This document shows, one piece after another, positions 9,701 through 19,086 of a DNA stretch of 64,000 nt; position 1 is the stretch's first letter, and each line of letters begins with the position of its first letter. The notes below the pieces were generated by a model. That model saw only the letters and a program-made list of their open reading frames with translations, did not search any database and had not been told where the DNA came from. The stretch is from assembly GCA_041743715.1 (NCBI GenBank), contig JBGTMH010000080.1, forward strand, positions 8,529 to 72,528, given 5' to 3'. The DNA is from Patescibacteria group bacterium. GTDB taxonomy: Bacteria; Patescibacteriota; Microgenomatia; Levybacterales; UBA12049. Both the position numbers and the translations under genes were made by a program.

Positions 9701-10185
9701 GCAGCGCTCGTCCATGTACCATTACTCGGATCATATAATTCTGACGAAGAAACATGTTCTCCTGAAGAAACCCCTCCGGTTATTAGCACCTTTCCATTAG
9801 GAAGTGTTACAGTTAGGAAGCTTTGGCGGGGAGCATTCATTGCCCCTGTGGTATTCCATGTGCCATTTGTTGGATCATATATTTCTGCTGAAGAAAGTAG
9901 AATTATATCGCCTTCCTCCGTGTGGCTTTGACCTCCAAATACAATTACTTTACCATTTTGTAATAGAGTCGACCCAAAGTTACTACGTCCTTCATTCATA
10001 GAACCCGTATTTGTCCAGTCAGAAGCAGTCTGTGCATATCCGCGGGAATTTATTATCGGTAAAACGAAAAGCATGACTACCAAACTTACCACGACACTGA
10101 GACCAAGGAAATAGGGGGATAACTTATTCTTTGCTATAAACTTAAAAGGAGAAACAGCGTGATTTACTAGTTGTTTTAACTGCAT
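6724..10185 (-). CDS. Giant secreted Kelch-repeat protein P1, with chitobiase-like domain and conserved C-terminal domain
   Basis: N-terminal signal anchor (LSVVVSLVVMLFVLPI). At least 14 Kelch-type blades with the recurring motif SAE(I/L)YDP(x)TGTW(x)xTGSMxxxRxxH(T/E)AxLLxxGKVLVxGG. A PT linker PTNTPTPTITPTPAP is followed by a chitobiase/beta-hexosaminidase-C-like domain (TYYQIDSNAQQPYTGPFTV...IIYWSVDNTG) and then the ~165-aa conserved CTD ending GGAACSAFKSFGTWTITP. Confidence 0.85.
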   Translation of the reverse strand: MQLKQLVNHAVSPFKFIAKNKLSPYFLGLSVVVSLVVMLFVLPIINSRGYAQTASDWTNTGSMNEGRSNFGSTLLQNGKVIVFGGQSHTEEGDIILLSSAEIYDPTNGTWNTTGAMNAPRQSFLTVTLPNGKVLITGGVSSGEHVSSSELYDPSNGTWTSAASMPEPRIYATATVLAGGKILVTGGERSNQLSYSTAEIYDPSTDTWSPTGSMNASRSRHTATVLSDGKVLVVGGAYRDNPSSSFVYRTSAEIYDPATGTWSPTGSITSPRFEHTSTLLANGKVLLVGGYIGGDDFASTELYDPVTGTWTAAGDLNNKRRLHTATLLSDGSVLATGGSGNSGTPFYLTSAELYDPVSDTWTNTASLSDARFYHEAILLSNDRVLAVGGNTSGRHLATAELYTALTPNPTWTYTGSMNESRAGFAIALLQNDKVLVTGSSNVLATTTTDLYDSTTGVWNATGSVNIARNDFPTAVTLANGKVLLAGGYGYDNGGVLAAAELYNPTTGAWTYTGSMNVPRTQPTITLLSDGRVLAAGGYDIVNNISVEHASSEIYDPTTETWTLTGSMSSPRYFHRAVLLADGKVLVSGGNGGPTSATALSAELYDPNTGTWTQTGSTQRGRVEHTLTRLNNGKVLVVGSTMSPSSLTELYDPATGIWTASGNLNTGRRYTTSTLLSDGRVLVAGGSTADISQTQLASSELYDPVGGVWSLTTPMNVARVYHSTVLLSDDQVLAVGGNSNGTNLASAELYSKFPPTNTPTPTITPTPAPHDEPTTTANIAPSALENGEYPDPVQVTLSASAASGFSVEDTYYQIDSNAQQPYTGPFTVSDAGEHTIIYWSVDNTGLEETPHKTQTFTISSTVHAAQVSPGQETVTIGNTTVSFSEVTSPGYVLIEELDSNPDGPIPPRYSTLNTFYNITTTATYTGPVTVTVHYIGEDAIQDPRLLHNDGSGWEDITQTSTLIDAGTFTYEIVGISSSLSPFAIVEENQPNKLTSLNPTKVWVGLGGIFGAGAKFDLKAEAYKDTTLVSSGQINSVNLGLVGFGGFSSAKLQTIPFNTFTPVDFPQGSKLSIKVYARTTCTGSLSPLGTARLWYNDSQANSQFGATIGTDAKMYYLRNNFLLGTTVGTGPKKSADVQGGAACSAFKSFGTWTITP

Positions 10186-10374
10186 GAGTTAGTCATATAC
10201 TATAGAAGTACTACTACCCTGTCAATATACCAATTACTCTCTCATCATGGACAATGTACATAGTGTGTTTTTGGTTATTGCCGAAGGCAAATTACTACAG
10301 TCATCTAAGATGCGTATACCAAGCCGGTATCTCATGCATATGAACAGCAAATCAAAAAAACTGAGAAATTGCCA

Positions 10375-11649
10375 CTATACAACTGTCGTCTCAGGATAGA
10401 CGGCGCGGAATTCGCGGATGGCGGTTACTTTTACTTCTCCAGGAACTGCGAGGGATCTACTGACTTCTTCTTGAATCTTGCGTGAGAGTAAAACAGTCTG
10501 GGCATCATCTAATTTACCGGGATTAATAATAACCCTGAGTTCTCGTCCAGCTTCGAATGCATATGCATCGACTACTCCTTCGTAATTTTTGGCGATTTGT
10601 TCCATTTCGGTCAAGCGCTGGCCGTATTTTTCCAGATCTTCATACCGAGCTCCAGGACGCGCAGCAGAGATAGCGTCAGCGATATGGACAATAACCGATT
10701 CGACCGAAGAGAATGGCTTGTCTTCGTGATGTTCTGCAACCGCATTCACAATCGGCTCAGGAATATTGTAACGTTTGAGTAGTTCAACTCCCAACTTTAC
10801 ATGACTCCCGTCCCCCTCAAGCACTTTTCCGATATCATGGAACAGACATCCGAGTCTGACGATATCGACATTGGCACCGATTTCATGTGCGATATGGACG
10901 CCGATTTTTGTTTCTTCAAGCGTGTGAACGAGCAAATTTTGTCCATATGACGTTCTAAATTTCATCCGACCCAACAATGGGTATAAATCAGTAGGCAGAC
11001 TATAGATGTTCACTTCATTGGCAAGATTTTCACCCTCTTGAAACATAATTTTCTCAAGCTCCTCCTTGGTTTGCTTGACTATTTCTTCAATTCTGAAAGG
11101 CTGGACCCGGGTGTCTTTTAATAATTTCTCAAGGGACCGGCGGGCAACTTCCCTACGGATTTGATCAAACGATGACAAACGGATGATTCCTTCTTCATCC
11201 AAATCGACATCAACGCCTGTTGACTGCTCAAACGCACGGATATTGCGTCCTTCTTTGCCTATTATCCGCCCTTTCATTTCTTCATCGGCAACTCTCACAA
11301 CAGAAACTGTATATTCAGGAACAAATTTTAACGCCCCATGCTTCAAGCTATCAAGAATTATTTCCTGCGCTTTATTATCGGCTGTAGCGCGGGCTTCTTC
11401 TTCTTTGTCTTTGATAATCTTCGCCATCATGGCTGCTGAATCATTTTCAGTTTCTGCCAAAAGCTGTTTTCTTGCTTCATCGACGCTAAAATCTGAAACT
11501 TTTTCGAGTTTTTTGACGTACTCTTGCCGTTTCTTTTCAAACTCTACTTTATCCTGCTCGAGATCGTCGCGTTTTACTTCCAGTTTTTCTTGAAGCTCTA
11601 GTAATTTTTTCTCAAGTTGAATGAGATCTTGTTGTGATGCTGTTGACAT
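10375..11649 (-). CDS. rny: Ribonuclease Y (KH + HD domains); no N-terminal TM helix evident
   Basis: KH region (GKEGRNIRAFEQSTGVDVDLD) and HD motif (LGCLFHDIGKV) are present, together with the conserved stretch FRTSYGQNLLVHTLEETKIGVHIA. The start is set at the ATG giving MSTASQQD; the track start at 11682 uses a TTG codon. Confidence 0.85.
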   Translation of the reverse strand: MSTASQQDLIQLEKKLLELQEKLEVKRDDLEQDKVEFEKKRQEYVKKLEKVSDFSVDEARKQLLAETENDSAAMMAKIIKDKEEEARATADNKAQEIILDSLKHGALKFVPEYTVSVVRVADEEMKGRIIGKEGRNIRAFEQSTGVDVDLDEEGIIRLSSFDQIRREVARRSLEKLLKDTRVQPFRIEEIVKQTKEELEKIMFQEGENLANEVNIYSLPTDLYPLLGRMKFRTSYGQNLLVHTLEETKIGVHIAHEIGANVDIVRLGCLFHDIGKVLEGDGSHVKLGVELLKRYNIPEPIVNAVAEHHEDKPFSSVESVIVHIADAISAARPGARYEDLEKYGQRLTEMEQIAKNYEGVVDAYAFEAGRELRVIINPGKLDDAQTVLLSRKIQEEVSRSLAVPGEVKVTAIREFRAVYPETTVV

Positions 11650-11786
11650 AGTATTTATACGTGGCAAAAGAAGAATACCCAAAGGGCATTTATGCTTGAA
11701 CTATGAAGGTGAGTTCTGTTCGCTTCATAAAAATTATCAATCCCGATAGAATCGAGACCACCCAACTTCTCTTGCTATAAGGTGTA

Positions 11787-12260
11787 TTATACTCTATTTT
11801 CTAAATAATCGTCAATTGCCTTTTTTATTATGTCCCATCCGAAGCCGCGTCGAGCTAAAAAAGCCCCGACTTTATTATATATCTCTTGCCTGGGATAGCC
11901 CTGCATTTTTTCCATGCGTTTGACAATAATTGATTTTGCCTGAGTTAATTCATCAGTAAGCTCTTCATTCTCTTCACCCAAAATCTCCTCAATCAACTCT
12001 TTTGCAATGCCTTTTTGTTGGAGTTCGATTTGCAAAAGTCGTTTGCCTATGGGACGTAGTCTTCCACGGTACTGAACCCATGAACGGGCAAAAGCTTCAT
12101 CATTAAGAAATTTTTGCTCAGTCAGCCGCGAAATAACCTGCTCAATCAATTCTGGCGTAGCATTTTTTTTGGTGAGGTAATCCCGAATTTCTTTTTTCGA
12201 CCGGTTACGGATTGCAAGATAGCGATAGACAAGATCCAAATATTTTCTTAATTGCTCCAT
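11787..12260 (-). CDS. recX: RecX family recombination regulator
   Basis: Three-helical-repeat RecX pattern (YRYLAIRNRSKKEIRDYLTKK...FLNDEAFARSWV...AFLARRGFGWDII). Start set at the ATG giving MEQLRKY; the track start is TTG. Confidence 0.8.
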   Translation of the reverse strand: MEQLRKYLDLVYRYLAIRNRSKKEIRDYLTKKNATPELIEQVISRLTEQKFLNDEAFARSWVQYRGRLRPIGKRLLQIELQQKGIAKELIEEILGEENEELTDELTQAKSIIVKRMEKMQGYPRQEIYNKVGAFLARRGFGWDIIKKAIDDYLENRV

Positions 12261-12314
12261 TTTAGAGAATCGCAATTTTCCTATGTGACAAAGCTGTGAA
12301 GAAATGAGTCTGCA

Positions 12315-15300
12315 TTATGGAGTAATCATCCATGTTCCAAAAGACTTGAAAGCACTACAAGCAGCTCCACCTTGGACATCAACTGTCTGTTTGGGACCAC
12401 TTCCTACTGTTGGTGAGAGGACAAAGTTATTAAGCAGATAGTAATTGCTTGTATTCGTTCCAATCGTTGCTCCAAACTGACTATTGACTTGATTATCATT
12501 GTACCAAAGCCTTGCAGTTCCAAGTGGATTTTGGGAACCTGTACAGGCTGTCCGTGCAGATACTTTGATACTGAGCTTTGATCCTTGAGGGAAATCAACA
12601 GGTGTAAAGGCACTAAAAGGAATTGTCTGTAGTTTTGCTCCACTAAATCCGCCAAACCCAAATCCTGGGTCTGCGCTGTTGAGTTGTCCCGTACTGACAA
12701 GCGTTGTGTCTTTATAAGCCTCAGCTTTCACGTCAAATTTTGCACCAAAACCAAAGAAGTTAGGTAATCCAATCCATACTTTTGCAGGACTCAGTACAGT
12801 GAGTTTATCTGGAGTTGGAGTAGGTGTCGGGGTATTTGTGGGGGTAGGAGCTGCGGTTGGAGTGGGTGTATTCGTTGGTGTAGGCGTTGGAGTACTGGTT
12901 GGTACAGGTGCAATACCAAAATTAACAGTGGTATCAGCAGTTAATGGTACTGAAACCGGATTTGTGGTCGTTGCTGTATATCCTGTTGGAACATTGAGAT
13001 CAACGGTATACGAACCAGTGGTGAGGGATGAGAACGCATAGTTACCTGTACTATTTGTAGTATCAGTGTTACTTACGTCTCCTGAGAGCGTTATTGTCGC
13101 TCCTTGATAGTCTGTTTCTCCTGAGTCTTTGACTCCATTTTGATTGGTGTCTGTATAGACGTTACCGTCAATGGTATATGTTGGTACCGGAGTTGGGGTT
13201 GGGGTATTGGTAGGTGTTGGTGTTTCTGTTGGTGACGGTGTCGCGGTAGGCGTAGGTGTCTCAGTTGGGGTCGGGGTTGGAGTACTTGTTGGCACAGGAG
13301 CGATACCGAAGTTTTGTGTTGTATCAGCACTGACAAAAACTATCGCAGGATTTGTCGTTGTTGCCATATACCCGGCAGGAATCGTTAATGTTTCGGTATA
13401 TGTTCCACTTTGCAAATTCGGGAACGCATAGTTGCCTTCTTGATCTGCTGTTGTTGTCTCTCCAGTATCAAGTGTTAGTGTGGCGTCATTGACGCCTGTT
13501 TCTGAGGAATCTTGCACACCATTTTGGTTGGCATCAATATACACGGTTCCTGAAAGAGTATGTGTTGGAATTGGCGTAGGTGTTGGGGTATCGGTTGGAG
13601 TTGGTGTCGGTGTCTCCGTGGGAGTTGGAGTATTTGTGGGAGTAGGTGTACTGGTTGGGGTAGGTGTAGGCATCTCGGTTGGTGTCGGGGTATTCGTAGG
13701 AACAGGAGCAATACCAAAATTTTGCGTGGTATCCTCAGTGAGTGGCACTGTTACTGGATTGGTGGTAGTTGCTATATACCCAGCTGGAACGGAAAGCGTT
13801 TCTGTGTACGAATCTGTTTGCAGATTTGGAAACGTGTAAATGCCATTTGCATCGGTTTCTGTTGACTGTCCTGAATCAAGTGTCAGTGTTGCTCCACTGT
13901 AGCCTGTCTCTCCTGCATCCTGTACACCGTTCTCGTTAGCATCGATATAGACTGTTCCTGTCAGGCTATAAGAAGCTATGGTAAATGGTTTGCTATTTTG
14001 TGATTCTGTTACGCCTGAGTTGTCAACCGACCAATAGACAATGGTATGATTACCATTTCCTGATACGGTAAATGGAGCAGTATATGTTTGCTGTGCTCCC
14101 CCATCTACTTTGTAATAGGTATTAGCAACTGTATATCCAGATGCTGCAGTTGCAGAAAGCGTGACGGTTACAGGATTGGAGTAAGCCCCATCAGAAAAGG
14201 GAGTTGGTGCGAGAGTCGCAGTAGTGACTGGTGGATTATGTGAGTATTGCAATGAAATCACTTCACTCTGATCTGAAGTTACAGTAATATTATTGAGAGT
14301 AAAGGTAGAATAAATGCTCCCACCTGGTGGGGTAGCTGTAAAACTATATGTACTATTTGCATTTGTCGGCAAAAGCCATAAAGTAGTATCGCCGTTTGAA
14401 TCAGTTGCTGGACCAGAAGCATTTGCGCCATAGGATGACCCACCAGATACGTTGGTTATTCCTCCCCCAATTGACAGTCCACCATTATTGATTATCCCAC
14501 TTGGCGGTGAGGTACTGATCACTACGTTGTCTATTGGGTTTCCTTGCATATCTTGTATATGAACACTGACCTTTTTCGCTGGAATTGTAATATCTAAATT
14601 GGTATTTTGAGTTAGAGAATATGGCGTAGCAATGACATTATATGTTTGTGGAGCATTAAGGGATAAATTATTTGCATTAGCGTTAATAGTCAAAGCATAG
14701 GTTCCAGTTGATGCTTGTAAGGAGTAATTGCCTAAAGAATCTGTATTTGTGGTTGCTTGGATTTGTCCTGAAGACTGTAAAGAAACTGTCTGGTTTGATA
14801 GTGGGTTACCAAGCGGATCAAATACATGACCGCTCAATGTAACTGGCTGATTCATAGTTACTGTCTTTTGAGTATTACCAGTAATTGAAATATTAGAAAG
14901 CGTAGTTGTAGTGAAAGTGCTTCCAGCAGGTGTTTTAGCAATTATGTTGTATTTACTTGTAGTATCCGTCGGCAATAACCATAATGTGACATTTCCATTT
15001 ATGTCTGTCTTGGGGCCAGGAGCATTATTGCCATAGATTGATCCACCTGATGCATTCGTTATTCCTTCACCAATAACGAGTGTTCCGTTATTAATGGTTC
15101 CATTTGGACTTGTATTAATTTCTGAATTACTAATGGGACTTCCTGCTGCGTCTTGTACATGAACGTCTACTTTAACAGCAGGAACCGTGAGATTTAAAGT
15201 TGTGTTTTGTGTAAACTCAGTAGCAGAAGAAAAATTAGTAATTTTGTATTCCTGGGGAGCATTCAATGAGAAACTATTATTATTTGCATTTATAATAAGG

Positions 15301-16409
15301 GTATACTTTCCAGATGAAACTTGCATTGAATAATTCCCTGAGTTGTCTGTTGTTGAAGTTGCTACTATCTGTGCAGAGGTTGCTTGTAAAGACACTGTTT
15401 GATTTGGAAGTGGATTACCCAAAGAATCATTTAAATGTCCATTTACAGTTACTGGCTGTGTTAAAGTAATCGTTTTCTGGGTATCAGTTGTAATAGCTAC
15501 ATTATTAAGAGTCGTTGTTGAATAAACACTCCCAAATGGAGGAACAGCAGTAAAGGTATACGTGCTATTTGCATTTGTCGGCAAAAGCCATAATGTTACA
15601 TTTCCTGCAGCATCTGTTTTTGGTCCTGGAGCATTACTTCCATATGAAGATCCTCCTGACCCAGTAGTGATACCACTTCCAAGTGAAAGTCCACCATTAT
15701 TGATAATACTTCCACCTGGTGGCGAAGTATTAAGTTCTACATTACTAATGGGATTTCCTGCAGCATCTTGAACATGTGTAGTAACTTTCTTCACTGGAAT
15801 CGTAATATCTAAAATGGCACTTTGACTAAACGATGTAAAAGGTGTTCTTATCCTGTATGTTTGAGGAGCGTTGAGAGATAAGCTATTATTATCAGCAGAG
15901 AAAAAAAGAGTATATGATGCAGCTGAGACTTGAAAAGAGTAACTCCCATTAGCATCTGTTGTAACATTTGTTTGTGTGGCATCCGAAGCTTGTAATGTCA
16001 CGGTCTGATTCTGGAGAGGATTACCCAATGGGTCAAATAGGTGTCCACTTATAATTATTGATCCTGCAGGGGCGAAAACAAAATTTATAACGGTGTTGGA
16101 GGAAATAGTCCTACTTGGAATATGAATTGGTGCAAAATTGCTTCCGGCAGGCGGAGTCACTTTTATAGAATAAGTTCCTCCTGGAACAATTAAACTATAA
16201 CTACCATCACTATCACTTGTGGTACTATCTACAAGTACATTTGAATTAGCATCATTTACATTTATTGTTGCACCGCTAACCGTACTTCCTGATGAATTTT
16301 TTACCGATCCTGATATAGTAACCGTGTCCGCATGAACACTATCAGCCAAAGATAATCCGAAAAAGCTTAGGATTAAAGTCAAAAATATGACGTTGATAAT
16401 TTTTATCAT
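12315..16409 (-). CDS. Giant secreted multi-module surface protein P2 (1364 aa)
   Basis: Signal peptide MIKIINVIFLTLILSFFGLSLADSVHA. Carboxypeptidase-regulatory-like/Cna-B-like modules, then three ~195-aa internal repeats (VTVNGHLNDSLGNPLPNQTVSLQ...HVQDAAGSPISNSEINTSP...WLLPTDTTSKY). A chitobiase-like domain follows, then three SdrD-B-like modules (GTVYIDANENGVQDAGETGY...) separated by PT-rich linkers, then the conserved ~165-aa CTD. Confidence 0.85.
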   Translation of the reverse strand: MIKIINVIFLTLILSFFGLSLADSVHADTVTISGSVKNSSGSTVSGATINVNDANSNVLVDSTTSDSDGSYSLIVPGGTYSIKVTPPAGSNFAPIHIPSRTISSNTVINFVFAPAGSIIISGHLFDPLGNPLQNQTVTLQASDATQTNVTTDANGSYSFQVSAASYTLFFSADNNSLSLNAPQTYRIRTPFTSFSQSAILDITIPVKKVTTHVQDAAGNPISNVELNTSPPGGSIINNGGLSLGSGITTGSGGSSYGSNAPGPKTDAAGNVTLWLLPTNANSTYTFTAVPPFGSVYSTTTLNNVAITTDTQKTITLTQPVTVNGHLNDSLGNPLPNQTVSLQATSAQIVATSTTDNSGNYSMQVSSGKYTLIINANNNSFSLNAPQEYKITNFSSATEFTQNTTLNLTVPAVKVDVHVQDAAGSPISNSEINTSPNGTINNGTLVIGEGITNASGGSIYGNNAPGPKTDINGNVTLWLLPTDTTSKYNIIAKTPAGSTFTTTTLSNISITGNTQKTVTMNQPVTLSGHVFDPLGNPLSNQTVSLQSSGQIQATTNTDSLGNYSLQASTGTYALTINANANNLSLNAPQTYNVIATPYSLTQNTNLDITIPAKKVSVHIQDMQGNPIDNVVISTSPPSGIINNGGLSIGGGITNVSGGSSYGANASGPATDSNGDTTLWLLPTNANSTYSFTATPPGGSIYSTFTLNNITVTSDQSEVISLQYSHNPPVTTATLAPTPFSDGAYSNPVTVTLSATAASGYTVANTYYKVDGGAQQTYTAPFTVSGNGNHTIVYWSVDNSGVTESQNSKPFTIASYSLTGTVYIDANENGVQDAGETGYSGATLTLDSGQSTETDANGIYTFPNLQTDSYTETLSVPAGYIATTTNPVTVPLTEDTTQNFGIAPVPTNTPTPTEMPTPTPTSTPTPTNTPTPTETPTPTPTDTPTPTPIPTHTLSGTVYIDANQNGVQDSSETGVNDATLTLDTGETTTADQEGNYAFPNLQSGTYTETLTIPAGYMATTTNPAIVFVSADTTQNFGIAPVPTSTPTPTPTETPTPTATPSPTETPTPTNTPTPTPVPTYTIDGNVYTDTNQNGVKDSGETDYQGATITLSGDVSNTDTTNSTGNYAFSSLTTGSYTVDLNVPTGYTATTTNPVSVPLTADTTVNFGIAPVPTSTPTPTPTNTPTPTAAPTPTNTPTPTPTPDKLTVLSPAKVWIGLPNFFGFGAKFDVKAEAYKDTTLVSTGQLNSADPGFGFGGFSGAKLQTIPFSAFTPVDFPQGSKLSIKVSARTACTGSQNPLGTARLWYNDNQVNSQFGATIGTNTSNYYLLNNFVLSPTVGSGPKQTVDVQGGAACSAFKSFGTWMITP

Positions 16410-16484
16410 TTAAGTTTATATGCTTTCATACAATCTACTAGGTCTACTTCATTATCAAATAAAACTATTCTCCTTGTCAATATA

Positions 16485-16752
16485 GATTCTTATAAACTTT
16501 CTATAAAAAGCAGGGATACCATATTCTCTATATTTTACTGCTTAAAAGATACTATTTCAGTCTGTATTTTCAATTTTCTATTAATGGAAGGTAAAAGTTT
16601 TGTCTTTTATCTTAACATCGAAAGGTTCTTTTTTTTGAATATGTATGTAGACATAGGAATATAATTCGTTAGGGTTTATCTTATATGCTTTCTCCAGCAC
16701 AACTAAAGCTCCTTGTTTATCATGCTGATTGTATTTCGCAATAGCTAAGCAG
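16485..16752. repeat. 268-bp direct repeat, copy 1 (3' end of GT gene 16581..18353 plus downstream sequence); copy 2 at 20505..20773
   Basis: About 93% nucleotide identity with 20505..20773, e.g. gattcttataaactttctat(a/g)aaaagcagggataccatattctctata...catgctgattgtatttcgcaat. Confidence 0.85.
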
Positions 16753-18353
16753 AACCATAACCCATCAGAAGTTGGATAATCTTCAAGTGCATTCATTATA
16801 AAGGGAACTGCTTGAGGGTCTTTATCATAAAAAACTAGTATTGTCGCGTAATCTATATAGGTATCAATCGCATGTTTATGCATGGGTGCTATTTTGTAGT
16901 CCTTCGCGTGAAGAGCCATTGATAGGTATTTTCTTGCTTTTTCTATATCTCCTAGATTTACCGCATAGACTACTCCTAGGTTATGTAGATTTCCCTCATA
17001 AGGTCTTAATAACACAGATCGTTTGTGATGTTCCAGAGCCTTTGCATGTTCTCCTCTATTGGTATACTCTATACCGAGATTTTGCTGGATGCTATAGTTG
17101 TCATTTATTTGAATATCATGGGTATACAAAGCGATAGCATCATGCCAATCATTATTTCTCAGTATTGTCCTATATGACAAAGAAAAGACAATGAGTACTG
17201 CAAGGATAATAGGTATTGCTTTGTGCTTTGGTAGGTTACCTAGAAGATCTTTGTAGATAATAGCAAGCATACCAAGTAATCCTATTATTGGAAAGTAAAA
17301 CCAGCGATCTGCCACCGTATAATCAAGTGGGTAAATCTGTGAGTGCAAGAAGAGTCCTAAGATAAACCATAGAGTGAAAAAAAGAAATATCTTGAAACTC
17401 TGTTTTCTATGCGCATAAAGATAGTAACCGCAGATTCCAATTAGCGTAAAAAAAGTGAAGTTAACAAGTAAAGGAAAATAAAAAGTAGAAAAATTCAAAG
17501 AGGGAATAGTCCATTGCTGATCAATAGCAAGTGATATCGGAAAGAAAAACGTCTTGATGTAGTAAAAAATAACTATTGGTATATGTGTCAATCGCTCCAA
17601 AAGAGTTAATCCTGCAACAGGAGCTAAAAGACGTGTTGAAAAATCAACTTGCCCTATGAAAAAACGGAAAAAGAGATATACAATAACAACAGATACGCTT
17701 ATAACAAAAAGCTTTACTTTGTTATCTTTGACAAAGAGAACACGATAAATAAACACTAAAGGAATAAACAAAACACCTGTTTCTTTTGTAAGTATTGAGA
17801 GTAGTAAGAACAAGAATATAGTAAACAGGTCACTCTTAGATAATCTCTTCCTTGTAGAAACAAGTAGCGCTACTAATCCAAATAGCAAAAATAAAGGACT
17901 TGTCGTCTGAGCAATATAAGACACTGACTCAACATTTATTGGATGGACGAGAAATAGTAAAGCGGAAAAAAATGCAATTCCACTGTGAAGAAATTTACGA
18001 AAAAATTTGAATATCAATATTGCACAGACGATGTGCAAAATAATTTGTAAAAAATGGTAAAAAAATGAAGCGTTACCGAAAAAGGTATAAAGAAAAGAAA
18101 AGTAAAATACAGGAATTGGACGATATTGTCCTCCAATGTTAAACAGATTCGGTCCGAATGAAAATGGCAAGTCTGCCTGATGGATTAATGGATAATTGAT
18201 AATATATGTTTTATCATCCCAAACAAACCCATTGAAAAGTGTATTGAAGTAAACAATAAAACCAACAATAAAAATAATATGAATTGCTTTAAGTGTAGTT
18301 AAAGGAATAAGTAAATTCTTAAGTGAAAATTCTTCTTGTTCTTTTTCTTGCAT
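16581..18353 (-). CDS. GT-C fold glycosyltransferase, PMT/TMTC-like (family 39-like), with C-terminal TPR repeats
   Basis: About 11 TM segments with loop-1 motif FNGFVWDD (PMT/TMTC DD/DE motif). The C-terminal ~170 aa is soluble and TPR-like (LGIEYTNRGEHAKALEHHKRSVLLRP..., YDKDPQAVPFIMNALEDYP). Confidence 0.65.
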   Translation of the reverse strand: MQEKEQEEFSLKNLLIPLTTLKAIHIIFIVGFIVYFNTLFNGFVWDDKTYIINYPLIHQADLPFSFGPNLFNIGGQYRPIPVFYFSFLYTFFGNASFFYHFLQIILHIVCAILIFKFFRKFLHSGIAFFSALLFLVHPINVESVSYIAQTTSPLFLLFGLVALLVSTRKRLSKSDLFTIFLFLLLSILTKETGVLFIPLVFIYRVLFVKDNKVKLFVISVSVVIVYLFFRFFIGQVDFSTRLLAPVAGLTLLERLTHIPIVIFYYIKTFFFPISLAIDQQWTIPSLNFSTFYFPLLVNFTFFTLIGICGYYLYAHRKQSFKIFLFFTLWFILGLFLHSQIYPLDYTVADRWFYFPIIGLLGMLAIIYKDLLGNLPKHKAIPIILAVLIVFSLSYRTILRNNDWHDAIALYTHDIQINDNYSIQQNLGIEYTNRGEHAKALEHHKRSVLLRPYEGNLHNLGVVYAVNLGDIEKARKYLSMALHAKDYKIAPMHKHAIDTYIDYATILVFYDKDPQAVPFIMNALEDYPTSDGLWFCLAIAKYNQHDKQGALVVLEKAYKINPNELYSYVYIHIQKKEPFDVKIKDKTFTFH

Positions 18354-18482
18354 AATCTCATCCTAACATGGTTATAAGGAGGATACAATAATAATTGATT
18401 AGGGATTCATTGCCATTGCATTCTAGCTAAATCAAACGCATAAGGATATTTTCATTTGTGGATGAACGTGTTGCACTTCGTT

Positions 18483-18870
18483 TTAGAGTCTTGATACTAA
18501 CGAATCATCTTTTCTTATAAGCATAAACAGACCTGCTGTTAAACCCAGAAACTGAAATAATTCTTCAGGGTCTTCGGCAAATTTACGCATGACTGATTTA
18601 AAATTTCTCACAATTCCTCGATGAAAAATGCTTGTAACAATATTCCTGAGTATTGCCATCGTTTGTGGAGCATGGCCGCGGCGTATAGTAGATTTATCTT
18701 CGTTGAAAACAACGTCTCTCTGTCTATGTAGCCTGTTCTCAATGCCCCAGTGTCCTCTGATATATCCGATAATCTGCTCTGTCAGTTTCTCCTCCTCCTG
18801 TATCTCGGCAGGAATTCGTGCAATGCCAACGCTTACTGTCGTTGTCGTTTTGTCAATTGTGGCTAGGGGT
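18483..18870 (-). mobile_element. ISAs1-family (IS4-like, DDE_Tnp_1) transposase C-terminal fragment; remnant
   Basis: My own minus-strand translation reads ...IARIPAEIQEEEKLTEQIIGYIRGHWGIENRLHRQRDVVFNEDKSTIRRGHAPQTMAILRNIVTSIFHRGIVRNFKSVMRKFAEDPEELFQFLGLTAGLFML. It has the GHWxIENxLH...R.GxAPxNMAxLRxI signature of ISAs1/H-repeat transposase C-termini. There is no N-terminal DDE region, and an upstream in-frame stop lies at 18871-18873. Confidence 0.6.
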
Positions 18871-19086
18871 TAGAATGCAATGGCAATGAGGCTACCCAAA
18901 CATTGGTTGTCCGAGAATATAGCAAATGCTACAATAATAAATAATAGGCTCAGATTTTAAAATCTATCGTAATAACATCTATAATTAGTATTGTTTAGTT
19001 TAAAAATAATATATAGTATTAATTATATTGTGATTATGGAAAATTTAATATAATACTTTTTCTATTTTCTTTTTTTAATAATAACA

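Noticed and set aside
12799-13839. ORFs encoding poly-(G-V) proteins (12799..13041, 13171..13431, 13480..13839, and likewise 42446..43024, 44347..44541, 44662..45018, 47577..47765)
   Set aside because: They are antisense translations of the (ACN-CCN)n Pro/Thr-linker coding repeats in the giant genes. They have low complexity and always sit inside a strongly supported opposite-strand CDS.
6336-18870. Composite transposon delimited by the two IS fragments
   Set aside because: The two remnants belong to different IS families and both are truncated. No matching terminal inverted repeats were found.
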